This document shows positions 10,241-19,792 of a stretch of DNA of 64,000 nt, in pieces. Every line of letters starts with the position of its first letter. The stretch's first letter is position 1. The stretch is from a virus, in the IMG/VR virus record IMGVR_UViG_3300030106_006480, positions 1 through 64,000 of that record, one strand, 5' to 3'. The translations under genes and the position numbers were made by a program. Under the pieces are notes generated by a model. The model searched no databases and was not told where the DNA came from. It worked only from the letters and a program-made list of their open reading frames with translations.

Positions 10241-11092
10241 TTAAACACCTGAAATATTATCTACTATTTCTTCAGGAGTCATTTGGTTATAGTACTCTTT
10301 TACTACTTTCAACCACTTTTCTTGACAGATATTCAAGTGATTTCTAGTGATTTTAAATAGCTGTGTTTTCTCAGGAGTAGACACAAGAATTGCAGCTTGA
10401 GCACATTTAATTCCTAGAGTTTGCTCTATACCCAGTGCATATGCACCAAGTTGTAAGCAGCATTTATTAAACTTCATGTAGCCTGCTAGGTTTTCACGCC
10501 ACTCAGGTGAACCTTTTTCTAAATTTTTAGGCCACCAACGATAGTAAGGTTTCACACTAGTCTTCAAGTCAGCTAAAGTGACTTTGCCTCTAGCAATCCC
10601 AATAATATCTGGAGACCCTACCCATGAACGTTCTTCGTCGTCTTGGCCCCAAACCCGACCGATACCATCTTGAGACAGGGCAAACTGGTGGTCATCACGC
10701 ATCGGGGTTTCAGCCCACAACACCTCCTGAAATTGATTTAAAATCTCAGGCATACCCTCCCAATAAGATGAGTATTCTTGAGGAACATCAAAATCTTCTT
10801 TTTTAAGATAGTGTTCCATGCAGCTATGAATACTGGTACCACGTTCAGCAGCAGCTTCTTTAACACCAGGGTTTGCCTTTGACCACATCTCAAGTTTCTT
10901 TTTATTTGCTTCTGATGCTGTTTCAGAAATGATAGTAGTTACAGAAGGAGCTGGCCCACTCCAGAAAGGAGTTTCATAGTGACGTTTACCATTGATTGTA
11001 ATTCTTGCAGGCTTTTTATTTAGCTCTTCAAATACAGAGGGATTTTCTTTAAAAATATCTTTAACAGTTTTCGATTTCTTTTCTACAACCAT
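10241..11092 (-). CDS. PD-(D/E)XK exonuclease
   Basis: 'PSVTTI', 'ERGTSIH', 'GSPD...DLKTS', 'QLGAYA'. Confidence 0.88.
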   Translation of the reverse strand: MVVEKKSKTVKDIFKENPSVFEELNKKPARITINGKRHYETPFWSGPAPSVTTIISETASEANKKKLEMWSKANPGVKEAAAERGTSIHSCMEHYLKKEDFDVPQEYSSYWEGMPEILNQFQEVLWAETPMRDDHQFALSQDGIGRVWGQDDEERSWVGSPDIIGIARGKVTLADLKTSVKPYYRWWPKNLEKGSPEWRENLAGYMKFNKCCLQLGAYALGIEQTLGIKCAQAAILVSTPEKTQLFKITRNHLNICQEKWLKVVKEYYNQMTPEEIVDNISGV

Positions 11093-11134
11093 TACGAGTT
11101 GTGTATATTGTAATTATTGTACAGGAATTTAAAA

Positions 11135-11995
11135 ATGACGCAAAAGCGTTTGGCAATTTTGACTCTTTGGAGAGACAGCGAAGATTATATCGAACGTTCT
11201 TTAAAACAGTTTGAAGCTCTTGAAAAAGCTTTTGAAGAAGAAACAGATCCCATTATCCCTATCTATGGCTTTTTTGAAAATGATTCACAAGACAATACGG
11301 CTCAAATCCTAGAGGAATGGTTAAAAAATCGTGTAGGTTTTGTAGTAGCTGAAACTATTAATGCTCCAAAATGGGGAAGCGTTTCCTCTCTGGATAGAGT
11401 TAGGTATCAAGCACGCTATCGCAATTCTGCTCTGGCATTGTTAAATCGGTATCAATATGACTACCTTTTAGTAGCAGATAGTGATGTGCATTGGGAGCCT
11501 GATTGTGTTTTAGCTCTAATGGATTTTCTAGAAGAAGACGGAGTAGGAGGAGATGCAGGCATGGTATCTCCAAATACAGTTCAAAACGTACGCGATCACG
11601 TACAAGATACAGATGAAGAAACTTACTTTGACAGCTGGTCTCTAGTAGACATTGCAGGAAATCAGTGCCTTACTTTTGCAGCTAATCCATTTTTAGATCC
11701 AGATGATCGACTTGATTGGGAAAGTGGTGTGCCAGTTGCATGCAATAGTGCGTTTGGTTCAATTGCAATGGTTAAACAAGAAGCAATGTCAGGTGTTGAA
11801 TGGGATGTTATTGACGGAGTAGAGCACTGGGAATTCTGTAAAAAAATCAGGGAGAATGGCTACAGAGTTTTTGCTGATCCTTTAATTCATGCTCGCATTG
11901 TTCATAAAGATAAAATTAAACCAGTACCTGCAGTAGTTGAATATCAAAGGCAAAAGCTCAAGAAGTTTGAGCTTCAAGAATTATTTAAATCATAA
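11135..11995 (+). CDS. GT-A fold glycosyltransferase
   Basis: 'ENDSQDNT', 'ARYRN', 'DSDV' DxD motif, 'SAFGS', 'EHWEFC'. Confidence 0.8.
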   Translation: MTQKRLAILTLWRDSEDYIERSLKQFEALEKAFEEETDPIIPIYGFFENDSQDNTAQILEEWLKNRVGFVVAETINAPKWGSVSSLDRVRYQARYRNSALALLNRYQYDYLLVADSDVHWEPDCVLALMDFLEEDGVGGDAGMVSPNTVQNVRDHVQDTDEETYFDSWSLVDIAGNQCLTFAANPFLDPDDRLDWESGVPVACNSAFGSIAMVKQEAMSGVEWDVIDGVEHWEFCKKIRENGYRVFADPLIHARIVHKDKIKPVPAVVEYQRQKLKKFELQELFKS

Positions 11996-12990
11996 TCAAT
12001 CATCTCATCAACTAAGTCATCAAGGGTATGCTTTGGTAACCAATTGAGAATTTTTTGAGCTTTACTAGAATTTCCCAATAAAGTATCTACTTCTGCTGGC
12101 CGGTAAAACTGCTCATTAATTTTAATGACTGGTTTCTTAAGAGTATTACTCCAACCGATTTCATCCAGACCTTCGCCTTTCCAAACAAGATCTAAATTTA
12201 ATTTGTTTGCTGCTATCTCACAGAAGTGACGAACACTTGTTTGTTTACCTGTGGAAACTACATAATCATCTGGTTCATTTTCTTGAAGCATTAAGTACAT
12301 AGCTTCAACATAGTCGGCAGCATGTCCCCAATCCCGCCAAGAATCTAGATTACCAAGCTGAAGAATATGTTGTCTACCTTCTTTTACATCAACAAGTCCC
12401 TTGGTAATTTTTTTAGTAACAAAATTTTCACCACGAATAGGAGATTCGTGATTAAACAGAATGCCATTACAACCAAATAAACCATAGCTTTCCCTATAAT
12501 TTACAGTTAACCAATAGCCAAAAAGCTTGGCAACCCCATAAGGACTACGGGGATAGAAATTAGTTTCTTCATGTTGGGGAACTTCTTGAACTTTTCCAAA
12601 CATTTCCGAGGTAGATGCCTGATAAAATTTTGCACCTACATTTCTACAAGCTTCAAGAATATTTAATACTCCTAAAGCATTTACATGGGCAGTGCTTGCT
12701 GGAGACTTAAAGCTAACTCCAACATGGCTTTGTGCAGCAAGGTTATAAATTTCATCTGGTTTTGAATCCTGAACTAAGCGATTAACAGAGGCAGCATCAG
12801 TTATGTCTGAATACTCCAGACGTAGACACTCTGGTAATTGACCATTAAAAATCCATTTGAGTCGATCCAGCTGGTGAGGATTTGCATTATTTCTAATTAA
12901 GCCTACGATTTCATATTTTTTCTTTGCTAGTAAATGCGCAAGATATGCTCCATCTTGTCCAGTAATACCAGTAATAAGGGCTTTCTTCAT
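11974..12990 (-). CDS. gmd: GDP-mannose 4,6-dehydratase
   Basis: 'ALITGITGQDGAYLA', 'YNLAAQSHV', 'FYQASTSEMFG', 'PRSPYGVAK', 'RDWGHA'. Confidence 0.97.
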   Translation of the reverse strand: MKKALITGITGQDGAYLAHLLAKKKYEIVGLIRNNANPHQLDRLKWIFNGQLPECLRLEYSDITDAASVNRLVQDSKPDEIYNLAAQSHVGVSFKSPASTAHVNALGVLNILEACRNVGAKFYQASTSEMFGKVQEVPQHEETNFYPRSPYGVAKLFGYWLTVNYRESYGLFGCNGILFNHESPIRGENFVTKKITKGLVDVKEGRQHILQLGNLDSWRDWGHAADYVEAMYLMLQENEPDDYVVSTGKQTSVRHFCEIAANKLNLDLVWKGEGLDEIGWSNTLKKPVIKINEQFYRPAEVDTLLGNSSKAQKILNWLPKHTLDDLVDEMIDYDLNNS

Positions 12991-13035
12991 TTCAAAAATT
13001 GTATATACTGATTAATATAAACAAAACACAGAAGA

Positions 13036-14208
13036 ATGGCTAGTTATTCTTGGCCCTTACAAAAAAATTCTATTGGATTACAGGAAAAATTAGCACTGAC
13101 TAAATTCTTATGGACAAGTGATCGTTTTACAAATGGTCCTGAAGTACAAAAATTTGAAAAAGCCTGGAGCAAATGGCAAGGGAAAAAATATTCTCTATAT
13201 GTTTCTAATGGGTCTTGTGCGAATTTTTTACTCCTAGATGCAGTCAAAGAACTTTATTTTCCAAATAGAAGATCATTAAAAATTTTTGCACCAGCGATTA
13301 ACTGGTCAACCAATTTAGCTACATTTATTCAACAGAAACATGATATCTATCTTTACGATATTGATAGAAAAACTTATAGCCCTACCTGGGATTCGGTTTC
13401 ACAATTATCTAATGTGCAGCCTGATATTGTTTATTTGACACATGTCTTAGGTATTTCTAACGACATGGAAAAAGTTAAAGAGATGTGGCCTAATGCCATA
13501 ATTCTTGAAGACTGCTGTGAATCTCATGGAGCTAAAGATTTTAAAACAGGAAAAAAAGTAGGGACAACAGGAGAAGGAGCAACCTTTTCTTTTTATTTTG
13601 GTCATCATATGACAACCATTGAAGGCGGAATGATTTGTACTGATAATAAAAATCTATACAATTTATTAAAAGCAAAACGTTCTCATGGCCTGTCAAGAGA
13701 AATGCTACCTATACCTAAACAAAAAGTTGAATTAGATAATCTAAACATTGATCCTTCTTTTTTATTTCCTACAGCAGGATATAACTTTAGAAATGTAGAA
13801 TTTGGCGCTGTCCTTGGACAAGTCCAGCTTAAAAAATTAGATCATTGGAATAAAATTAGAAATAAAAATTATCAGGAATTTTATTCATGTATAGAAGAAA
13901 TTCCTGAATATTTTTATAGACCAGCTACACCAGAAGGAAACAGCGCAATGGTTCTTCCTTTTCATTGTAAGGATGAAGTGCTTGCATTAGATCTAAAAAG
14001 ATTTTTAAACGAAATAGGAGTTGAAACTCGTCCTTTTTTAGTAGGTAATGTAACCAATCAACCTTTTATGAAACGAGAAAACTGGGTTGCCAGTACGTTG
14101 CCTAACGCTAGTCAAATGGATTGTTGTTCTTTTTATATTGGCAATAATCAATTTGTAAATCCTGCTAAGATTCAAGAACTGATTTGGCAAATTTTATGCG
14201 AGTTTTAA
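13036..14208 (+). CDS. DegT/DnrJ-fold PLP enzyme of the His type (ColD/E1-like NDP-4-keto-6-deoxyhexose 3-dehydratase)
   Basis: 'SNGSCAN', 'EDCCESHGA', 'FSFYFGHHMTTIEGG' with His where aminotransferases have the Schiff-base Lys. Confidence 0.85.
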   Translation: MASYSWPLQKNSIGLQEKLALTKFLWTSDRFTNGPEVQKFEKAWSKWQGKKYSLYVSNGSCANFLLLDAVKELYFPNRRSLKIFAPAINWSTNLATFIQQKHDIYLYDIDRKTYSPTWDSVSQLSNVQPDIVYLTHVLGISNDMEKVKEMWPNAIILEDCCESHGAKDFKTGKKVGTTGEGATFSFYFGHHMTTIEGGMICTDNKNLYNLLKAKRSHGLSREMLPIPKQKVELDNLNIDPSFLFPTAGYNFRNVEFGAVLGQVQLKKLDHWNKIRNKNYQEFYSCIEEIPEYFYRPATPEGNSAMVLPFHCKDEVLALDLKRFLNEIGVETRPFLVGNVTNQPFMKRENWVASTLPNASQMDCCSFYIGNNQFVNPAKIQELIWQILCEF

Positions 14209-14909
14209 TCTGTTCGATAATCCGGAATCGAAAAGAATTTTTATTTAATTGGAAAGATTTAATACTTTGTTTAGCAGATGAGAATCCTGAGATTACTTTT
14301 GATCTTTCTGTATATGAAAATGATTCTATAGACGGAACACAAGAATATTTAAAACAACTTTTACCAGAGTTAAGAAAAGAATTGAATGAAGTTGTAATAA
14401 CAATGGGCAATGAGGAGACCCCTTATTTCCCATCTGTTAAAGATGAACAACGATGTCATCAACTTGCTACAGCAAGAAATCAATGTTTAGAGCAAGTTTT
14501 AATTGAAGAATATGACAAAGTAATTTTCTTTGAACCTGATGTTGATTTTGAACCAGAAGATTTTAGTGTTCTTTTAAATACAGATGATGATATTTGTTCA
14601 CCTTATAGCTTGTTGCCTAGCCGTGACTGGATCTATGATTGCTGGGCTACAAGAATTAGCTTTAAAGATCAAGAATTTACAGGACCAATTTATGATGACA
14701 TGCCTAATCGTTTAGATGTTGTGTCTACTTTTAATTGTTTTTGTGTTTATAATGCAAAACCTTTTATTGAAGGGGCAAGATTTTCTGGTATTAACCCCAT
14801 AACAAAGTCATGGGATTGTGATACTACTGCTATCTGTGCAGAATTTAATCGAAGGGGCTACACCAAAGTAGGTTTGTATAAAATTCCTTTGACACATTTT
14901 AGAGTTTAA
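14196..14909 (+). CDS. GT-A-like glycosyltransferase
   Basis: 'YENDSIDGT', 'LATARN', 'EPDV', 'YDCWATR', 'STFNCFCVY'; paralogous style to 11135-11995. Confidence 0.75.
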   Translation: MRVLICSIIRNRKEFLFNWKDLILCLADENPEITFDLSVYENDSIDGTQEYLKQLLPELRKELNEVVITMGNEETPYFPSVKDEQRCHQLATARNQCLEQVLIEEYDKVIFFEPDVDFEPEDFSVLLNTDDDICSPYSLLPSRDWIYDCWATRISFKDQEFTGPIYDDMPNRLDVVSTFNCFCVYNAKPFIEGARFSGINPITKSWDCDTTAICAEFNRRGYTKVGLYKIPLTHFRV

Positions 14910-14941
14910 TTTGTTATTATTTTTAGAGAAGAAATAATCCT

Positions 14942-15199
14942 GTGGGTAAACCTAGGAAGTATATTGAACGCAATCGAAAAAATTTTCTAGAGCTAAAAAA
15001 GAAATTGAAGTGCAACCACTGTGGATATAGTGATTATCGAGCAATTGATTTTCACCATACACAAGGTGAAAAAGAAGCAAACATTTCTACCATGGTTAGA
15101 TATGGTTATGCTTGGTCACGAATTGAAGACGAACTAAATAAATGTATTCCTCTTTGTTGCAACTGTCATAGAATTGAGCATGAGCTATATGTTAAATAG
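14942..15199 (+). CDS. Small HNH endonuclease-like protein
   Basis: 'CNHCG...DFHH...KCIPLCCNCHRIEH'. Confidence 0.8.
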   Translation: MGKPRKYIERNRKNFLELKKKLKCNHCGYSDYRAIDFHHTQGEKEANISTMVRYGYAWSRIEDELNKCIPLCCNCHRIEHELYVK

Positions 15200-15253
15200 T
15201 GTCTGAGACTTATGTGATTCTATTGAGTTGCTGGGGATTTTTATCTATGTTGC

Positions 15254-15805
15254 TTATTCTCTCAAAGTTGCTTTAATGTACCAAGAACTTTTAAAGGAGT
15301 CTTCAATCAGTTGTGCCATGTAGTTATCAATATCAGGAGCATCTTCTTTTTCTGCTAACTTACGGACTTTTTTTGCCATCATGGCAAATTCCTCTAGATT
15401 TTTATAGTAAGTAATTAACATTTGTTTTGCATCATAAGATTCACAGTGATTAAACTTTTTATAAGCAGCCAATAAACCTTTCATACACATGGGAAGAAGG
15501 TAATCCATTGAACGAATTAACTCACCAACTTTATCAAACTGATCTTGGTGAAGTTCATATTGTTTTTTTAAAAACTTATGAATACCAATGAAATTACTAG
15601 ACTCATAATTGAAATGAATTAAATGAGACTGCACACGAAGCTGTTCAAGAAAACTAGCCAATTGGGTCATCTCTTGGATAAGTCGCCCTGGACCTTCACT
15701 CTTTGGCTTGGGCTGAGCATTATTTTTTACTGGTTCTTGTTCCCGTTGAGGTGTTTGGCTAATAGTAGAATCGGATTGTTCTACAAAAGGAATGCCGCTA
15801 TACAT
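15254..15805 (-). CDS. dps: Dps/ferritin-like DNA protection protein
   Basis: 'SHLIHFN...FIGIHKFL...QY...DKVGELIR' ferroxidase pattern; C-terminal 'KSSWYIKATL'. Confidence 0.8.
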   Translation of the reverse strand: MYSGIPFVEQSDSTISQTPQREQEPVKNNAQPKPKSEGPGRLIQEMTQLASFLEQLRVQSHLIHFNYESSNFIGIHKFLKKQYELHQDQFDKVGELIRSMDYLLPMCMKGLLAAYKKFNHCESYDAKQMLITYYKNLEEFAMMAKKVRKLAEKEDAPDIDNYMAQLIEDSFKSSWYIKATLRE

Positions 15806-15859
15806 GAGCTGTTTTTACTGATACTTTATTTTAAAATATAAAAGTTAATTTTATTCCTT

Positions 15860-16198
15860 ATGGCTAAGGTTATTCGCCCCTGGGGTTGGTATGAAAACCT
15901 TTCTAGTGGTGCAGGTTATTTAATAAAAAAATTATATGTAATTGCAGGTGAACGTTTAAGTTTGCAATTACATAAACATCGATCTGAACATTGGATAATT
16001 ATTCGTGGCACAGGAATTATTGAACTAGATGGCGAAAGCAAACCAATAAAAGCTCATGACCATATTATTATTCCTGTTGGCACGTCACATAGAGTGACAG
16101 CAACAGAACAAGATTTAGTTATCCTTGAACTTCAAGAGGGAGAAATGTTAGCAGAAGAAGATATAATTAGATTAGAGGATGATTATGGAAGGAAATGA
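15860..16198 (+). CDS. Cupin, mannose-6-phosphate isomerase type II (ManC C-terminal)-like
   Basis: 'RPWGWY', 'LSLQLHKHRSEHW', 'EEDIIRLEDDYGR'. Confidence 0.9.
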   Translation: MAKVIRPWGWYENLSSGAGYLIKKLYVIAGERLSLQLHKHRSEHWIIIRGTGIIELDGESKPIKAHDHIIIPVGTSHRVTATEQDLVILELQEGEMLAEEDIIRLEDDYGRK

Positions 16199-16347
16199 AT
16201 CCATTAAAACAACAAAGAAAATTACAACAGCTTAATGTAAGAGCTGAGCAATGTTTAACAAGAGAGGAGGCACAGGAGGTTCTAAAAAAAGCAAACAAAG
16301 CTCAATGTAAAATCGATTTTGCTTCTTACTATGGACAAAGACACTAA
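16195..16347 (+). CDS. Micro-ORF (50 aa, '...RAEQCLTREEAQEVLKKA'); not in ORF track
   Basis: ATGA overlap with the cupin stop; resembles small picocyanobacterial proteins (recalled). Confidence 0.65.
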   Translation: MNPLKQQRKLQQLNVRAEQCLTREEAQEVLKKANKAQCKIDFASYYGQRH

Positions 16348-16480
16348 AGACAACTGGCAAAAGATTAAAAATTATTTTGAAGATTTGCCGGAAGAAAAAC
16401 GGGACAACATGTTTTACAAAAGAGCTGTAGCTATTTGCGCAGACAAAGACGATCCCCTATTAGACGTTCCCTCTTTTTAA
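16331..16480 (+). CDS. Micro-ORF (49 aa, 'MDKDTKDNWQKIK...NMFYKRAVAIC...DPL'); not in ORF track
   Basis: Overlaps the previous ORF; followed by a hairpin. Confidence 0.65.
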   Translation: MDKDTKDNWQKIKNYFEDLPEEKRDNMFYKRAVAICADKDDPLLDVPSF

Positions 16481-16490
16481 TTTGTAATTT

Positions 16491-16511
16491 AGAGGAGGTT
16501 AGTCCTCCTCT
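16491..16511 (+). terminator. Hairpin, probable terminator
   Basis: AGAGGAGG-TTAGT-CCTCCTCT. Confidence 0.5.
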
Positions 16512-16682
16512 TATAGAATAGAAGATCGCATATTTTTTATTATGTTTAAATCTTTTATTCAATCACTTAGGTTACAACGCTGGCCCATAATGAGCACAGA
16601 GGAAAAGTTTAAAGAAAAACAGAAAAAACTTTTAGCCAAATTAAAAGGGACAGATCAAAACAAAACTAAAATGTGACTACAA

Positions 16683-16976
16683 TTAGTCATGAAATCCAGC
16701 AACAAAGGTTTCTTTTTTTGTAGGTAAGTCTATATCTTGTTGTTGTTTTAATAGTTCTTTATGTTCTTCTTGTTGAATAATATATTGCTTAACAGCTTCA
16801 ATACGCTCAAACCATAAGTCCCTTTGAGCTTTACCAGCTTCATTTAAGCAAAAGTCTTGCCAAAGCCCAGTAAAAAGATTATTATCACGACCAGAGCATT
16901 GATACATGTGTTCCATGAATTCAGCACGTCGCTGTTGCTCCTTGACATCCCAGTCTTTTAGATACGAAGTGTCCAT
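16683..16976 (-). CDS. Hypothetical protein
   Basis: 'RAEFMEHMYQCSGRDNNLFTGLWQ'. Confidence 0.7.
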   Translation of the reverse strand: MDTSYLKDWDVKEQQRRAEFMEHMYQCSGRDNNLFTGLWQDFCLNEAGKAQRDLWFERIEAVKQYIIQQEEHKELLKQQQDIDLPTKKETFVAGFHD

Positions 16977-17171
16977 TTACTCTCCAATGACCTGTATAGA
17001 TTTTACATCTGTCAACAAACTATGCACGGTGCCGTTACGCATTTCCCATAAAGAATCAATTAAATCATCGTGAACAATCTCAGAAAATTGTTCTGGTGTA
17101 CGTCCATCAAATGGGTCGTATTCAATTTCAACATCAACTACAAAACTAATCTGAGCAATGGGTTTGGTCAC
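16977..17171 (-). CDS. Hypothetical protein
   Basis: 64 aa ORF abutting the next gene. Confidence 0.6.
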   Translation of the reverse strand: MTKPIAQISFVVDVEIEYDPFDGRTPEQFSEIVHDDLIDSLWEMRNGTVHSLLTDVKSIQVIGE

Positions 17172-17207
17172 TGATTGAGAATAAAAGAAGTGGTCTTTAA
17201 GATTATA

Positions 17208-17483
17208 TTACTTATCTAATAATTGTTCTAGGCTGTTGACCTTTGCATTTTCATAATGACCAAGACGTTGTTGAATAATATTTACATAGTTAATAGCTGC
17301 ATCAACTAAAGTTTCAGCCTCCATAGCACTAGCAACATTTTCATTGGCAAGCAGGCCAGCTACTAAAGTAGTGACCTGCCATTCCATTTTGTTACCAATA
17401 AGAGCAGGAAGAGGTGTCCCGCTTTTAGTAAAGTTATCTAAAACATAGAACAGAAGTTCTTCATAGTTTTTAGAATTAGCCAT
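17208..17483 (-). CDS. Hypothetical protein
   Basis: 91 aa ORF. Confidence 0.65.
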   Translation of the reverse strand: MANSKNYEELLFYVLDNFTKSGTPLPALIGNKMEWQVTTLVAGLLANENVASAMEAETLVDAAINYVNIIQQRLGHYENAKVNSLEQLLDK

Positions 17484-17508
17484 AAAGATCTCTCACGATC
17501 TTTCTATT

Positions 17509-17808
17509 CTACCCTTGTTCTGCAAAATACCAGTAGGCTTTTGCACCGTTGGAGTGATGACGTTTAGCATTAATGAGTTTAATCTTTTTCTCATTTAGCT
17601 TTTCAAACTGTTCCCTATTGTAAGGAACATTGTCATTCTCATGGATATCAAGCTCAGTTTCAATTAGCTGAAGCTGAAGATCAATATCTTCTACAGCATG
17701 CTCATGACATTTTTGTTTAAGCAAAGCTTCTTTAATGTTTTTGGGAGCATCAAAGTATTGATAGTAATAACTAGGAATTGTTGGATGTTTCTTTGTCCAG
17801 TTTTGCAT
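17509..17808 (-). CDS. Hypothetical coiled-coil protein
   Basis: Start moved to ATG 17808. Confidence 0.6.
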   Translation of the reverse strand: MQNWTKKHPTIPSYYYQYFDAPKNIKEALLKQKCHEHAVEDIDLQLQLIETELDIHENDNVPYNREQFEKLNEKKIKLINAKRHHSNGAKAYWYFAEQG

Positions 17809-18433
17809 TGAGTAATCGTTTTGTTGTGATCCGATAGTTGGATTGGAAACGTACCCCTTCTGGGAGTACTTCTTTGTTTTCGTTTGCAGATTGTAAGGCA
17901 TCGACATTGGGAATAGTTTCGGTTTTTGTTTTAGTAGAAGAAGTAATAGGAGTACCTTCTAAGTCAAGACATTGTGTAGTAGTAGTTGTCGTTTTTACCA
18001 TAGCGTATTTTATACGCTCGGCGTCAGACCAATCATCTACGATTGTCTCTATTTCTAAAATGTCTTTGATAGGAGATACTGTGAACTCATAATCTTTACC
18101 AATAATTTTATTTTCTGGAGCATGACCACGACGATGCAGCTCTTTAAGAAGAGAACGCATTTGATTAATTTGTGATTGACAGTGTTTTACTGCATCATCA
18201 AGTTTTTTCTTTTCTTGCTTGCCGACTTCAAGCATGGATTCATATTTAGTTATTTGATAGTGAATTGCATCAATCTTTCTAGATTTGAGCCTGGAACAAG
18301 TTTCCAGCTCAGCAAGTGCAATTTCCCTGGTGTCAGGAGTAAGGAAAGACAGACTGCTCGATAAGGCAGCATAGTGCGAATACAAGTCAAGTGTATTCAT
18401 GCTATCGAGGTTGAGATGTGTGGCTTGATTCAT
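17771..18433 (-). CDS. Siphovirus Gp157-like coiled-coil protein
   Basis: 'KIDAIHY...EKKKL...INQMRSLL', C-terminal 'LPEGVRF'. Confidence 0.65.
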   Translation of the reverse strand: MNQATHLNLDSMNTLDLYSHYAALSSSLSFLTPDTREIALAELETCSRLKSRKIDAIHYQITKYESMLEVGKQEKKKLDDAVKHCQSQINQMRSLLKELHRRGHAPENKIIGKDYEFTVSPIKDILEIETIVDDWSDAERIKYAMVKTTTTTTQCLDLEGTPITSSTKTKTETIPNVDALQSANENKEVLPEGVRFQSNYRITTKRLLNAKLDKETSNNS

Positions 18434-18543
18434 GAGAAGAAAGAAGAGCAGTAGTTAATTGCAAAAGCACAGACAGCACCAAGGGCAGCCATAGCTACTT
18501 CACGAACAAGATCTGTAGCAATTGAAGCAAAGAATGAGAACAT
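18430..18543 (-). CDS. 37 aa hydrophobic micro-ORF; not in ORF track
   Basis: MFSFFASIATDLVREVAMAALGAVCAFAINYCSSFFS; ATGA overlap with the Gp157-like start. Confidence 0.55.
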   Translation of the reverse strand: MFSFFASIATDLVREVAMAALGAVCAFAINYCSSFFS

Positions 18544-18577
18544 GAGAAAAAGAAATGATGTGATGTGACTTGAACGA

Positions 18578-19507
18578 TCAGCGTCGGAACTGATCGAACA
18601 AGTGATTTAGATGTGGCATAGCTGTTACAGGATAGGGTACATAGCCATTGTCAAGCATACGTTCAAATAGACCCCATACGTCATCTTCCGTAAACTTTTC
18701 AGTTGGTTGATAAAGCCGCCACTTATCAGCGGTAGCCATGTGTCCTTTGTCTGTATAGATGACAAGAAACCTTCCTTTATCTTGTAATGTTTTTGGAGGT
18801 GAATAAATCCAAGCAGTTGCTTTAGTAATTAAACTACCGCGAGAAGAAGAGATTAGCTCTGATCTCCGAGACAAAAGAGTACGATAACGTTTGACCCAAG
18901 CCTGGTGCTTGCAAGTTGGTTGATAATCACCTAGCTCAGCAGAAAACTGATCAAGATGTTTGAGTTGTCCTTGGAAAGAACCACAACTGCAATAAGGTTT
19001 AGCTGGTTCGTTATCAATTATTTGTTCAGTCTCACTAAAGATATTGAACTTAGGCTTTTCAGGAATCAAACCATCTGGAGAAATTAAATAACCAATATCA
19101 TAATCTTTAAGAAATTGTTCTATTTGTTCTTGAGTTTGAATGAAAGAAAGTCTATCAACAAATTTATTCTGCATTTGAGCAGCACTAGTGTTCTTCGAAC
19201 CACGATAAGCATAGTTGTGTCCTTTGAATATCACATAAGCATTGTTTTTCCATAAAGACAATCCACGATTATCAGGACCCATGTAAGCAAAGAAGTTTGG
19301 AAACCTGCCTGTAAAATCTTTGTACTGTTGTTTGACGGGAGCAATAGGATAGTTTTGTTTGGTCCCATCGTTTCTGACAATAATTAGTTCAGATTCTTTA
19401 GCATAAATACCAGCAATGTCTCCATCATCAAAGTCAGAGAAAGTTCTTTTAATGTTTGATCTTGAATAGATTAATTGCTGAGCAAAGTTGAAATCATTGT
19501 TAGACAT
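18578..19507 (-). CDS. SWIM zinc-finger protein
   Basis: 'YCSCGSF...PTCKH' CxCx(n)CxH. Confidence 0.7.
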   Translation of the reverse strand: MSNNDFNFAQQLIYSRSNIKRTFSDFDDGDIAGIYAKESELIIVRNDGTKQNYPIAPVKQQYKDFTGRFPNFFAYMGPDNRGLSLWKNNAYVIFKGHNYAYRGSKNTSAAQMQNKFVDRLSFIQTQEQIEQFLKDYDIGYLISPDGLIPEKPKFNIFSETEQIIDNEPAKPYCSCGSFQGQLKHLDQFSAELGDYQPTCKHQAWVKRYRTLLSRRSELISSSRGSLITKATAWIYSPPKTLQDKGRFLVIYTDKGHMATADKWRLYQPTEKFTEDDVWGLFERMLDNGYVPYPVTAMPHLNHLFDQFRR

Positions 19508-19555
19508 GATTGAAATGAAGTGAAGTGATTAGAATGAAACAAATGCATCAAATGT

Positions 19556-19792
19556 ATGGAACCTTTAAAACTTGAACCATCCACAGAAGATTTGTTTTGG
19601 GAAGCAAAGATGAAGACTTACATAGAAAAGTGTGATAAAGATGAATTGAAAGAGGTTGCTACCCTCTTGATAAGGATAGCAACCCAAAGACAGGGAGTAA
19701 TTAGAGGTTTAATAAAAGACAACATGAACCTTCATTCAAAGATTATTGAGTCTTTTCACCTACTCCCTTCTGGTGAATACTCAGAGAGCTGA
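19556..19792 (+). CDS. NblA-like phycobilisome degradation adaptor (tentative)
   Basis: 78 aa two-helix pattern 'L.LEPSTEDLFW...IEKC..DELKEV...L.R....RQGVIRGLI' similar to NblA; lone plus-strand gene preceded by TAGAAT at 19530. Confidence 0.45.
   Translation: MEPLKLEPSTEDLFWEAKMKTYIEKCDKDELKEVATLLIRIATQRQGVIRGLIKDNMNLHSKIIESFHLLPSGEYSES

Noticed and set aside
13036-14208. Perosamine synthase call
   Set aside because: The catalytic Lys position is His
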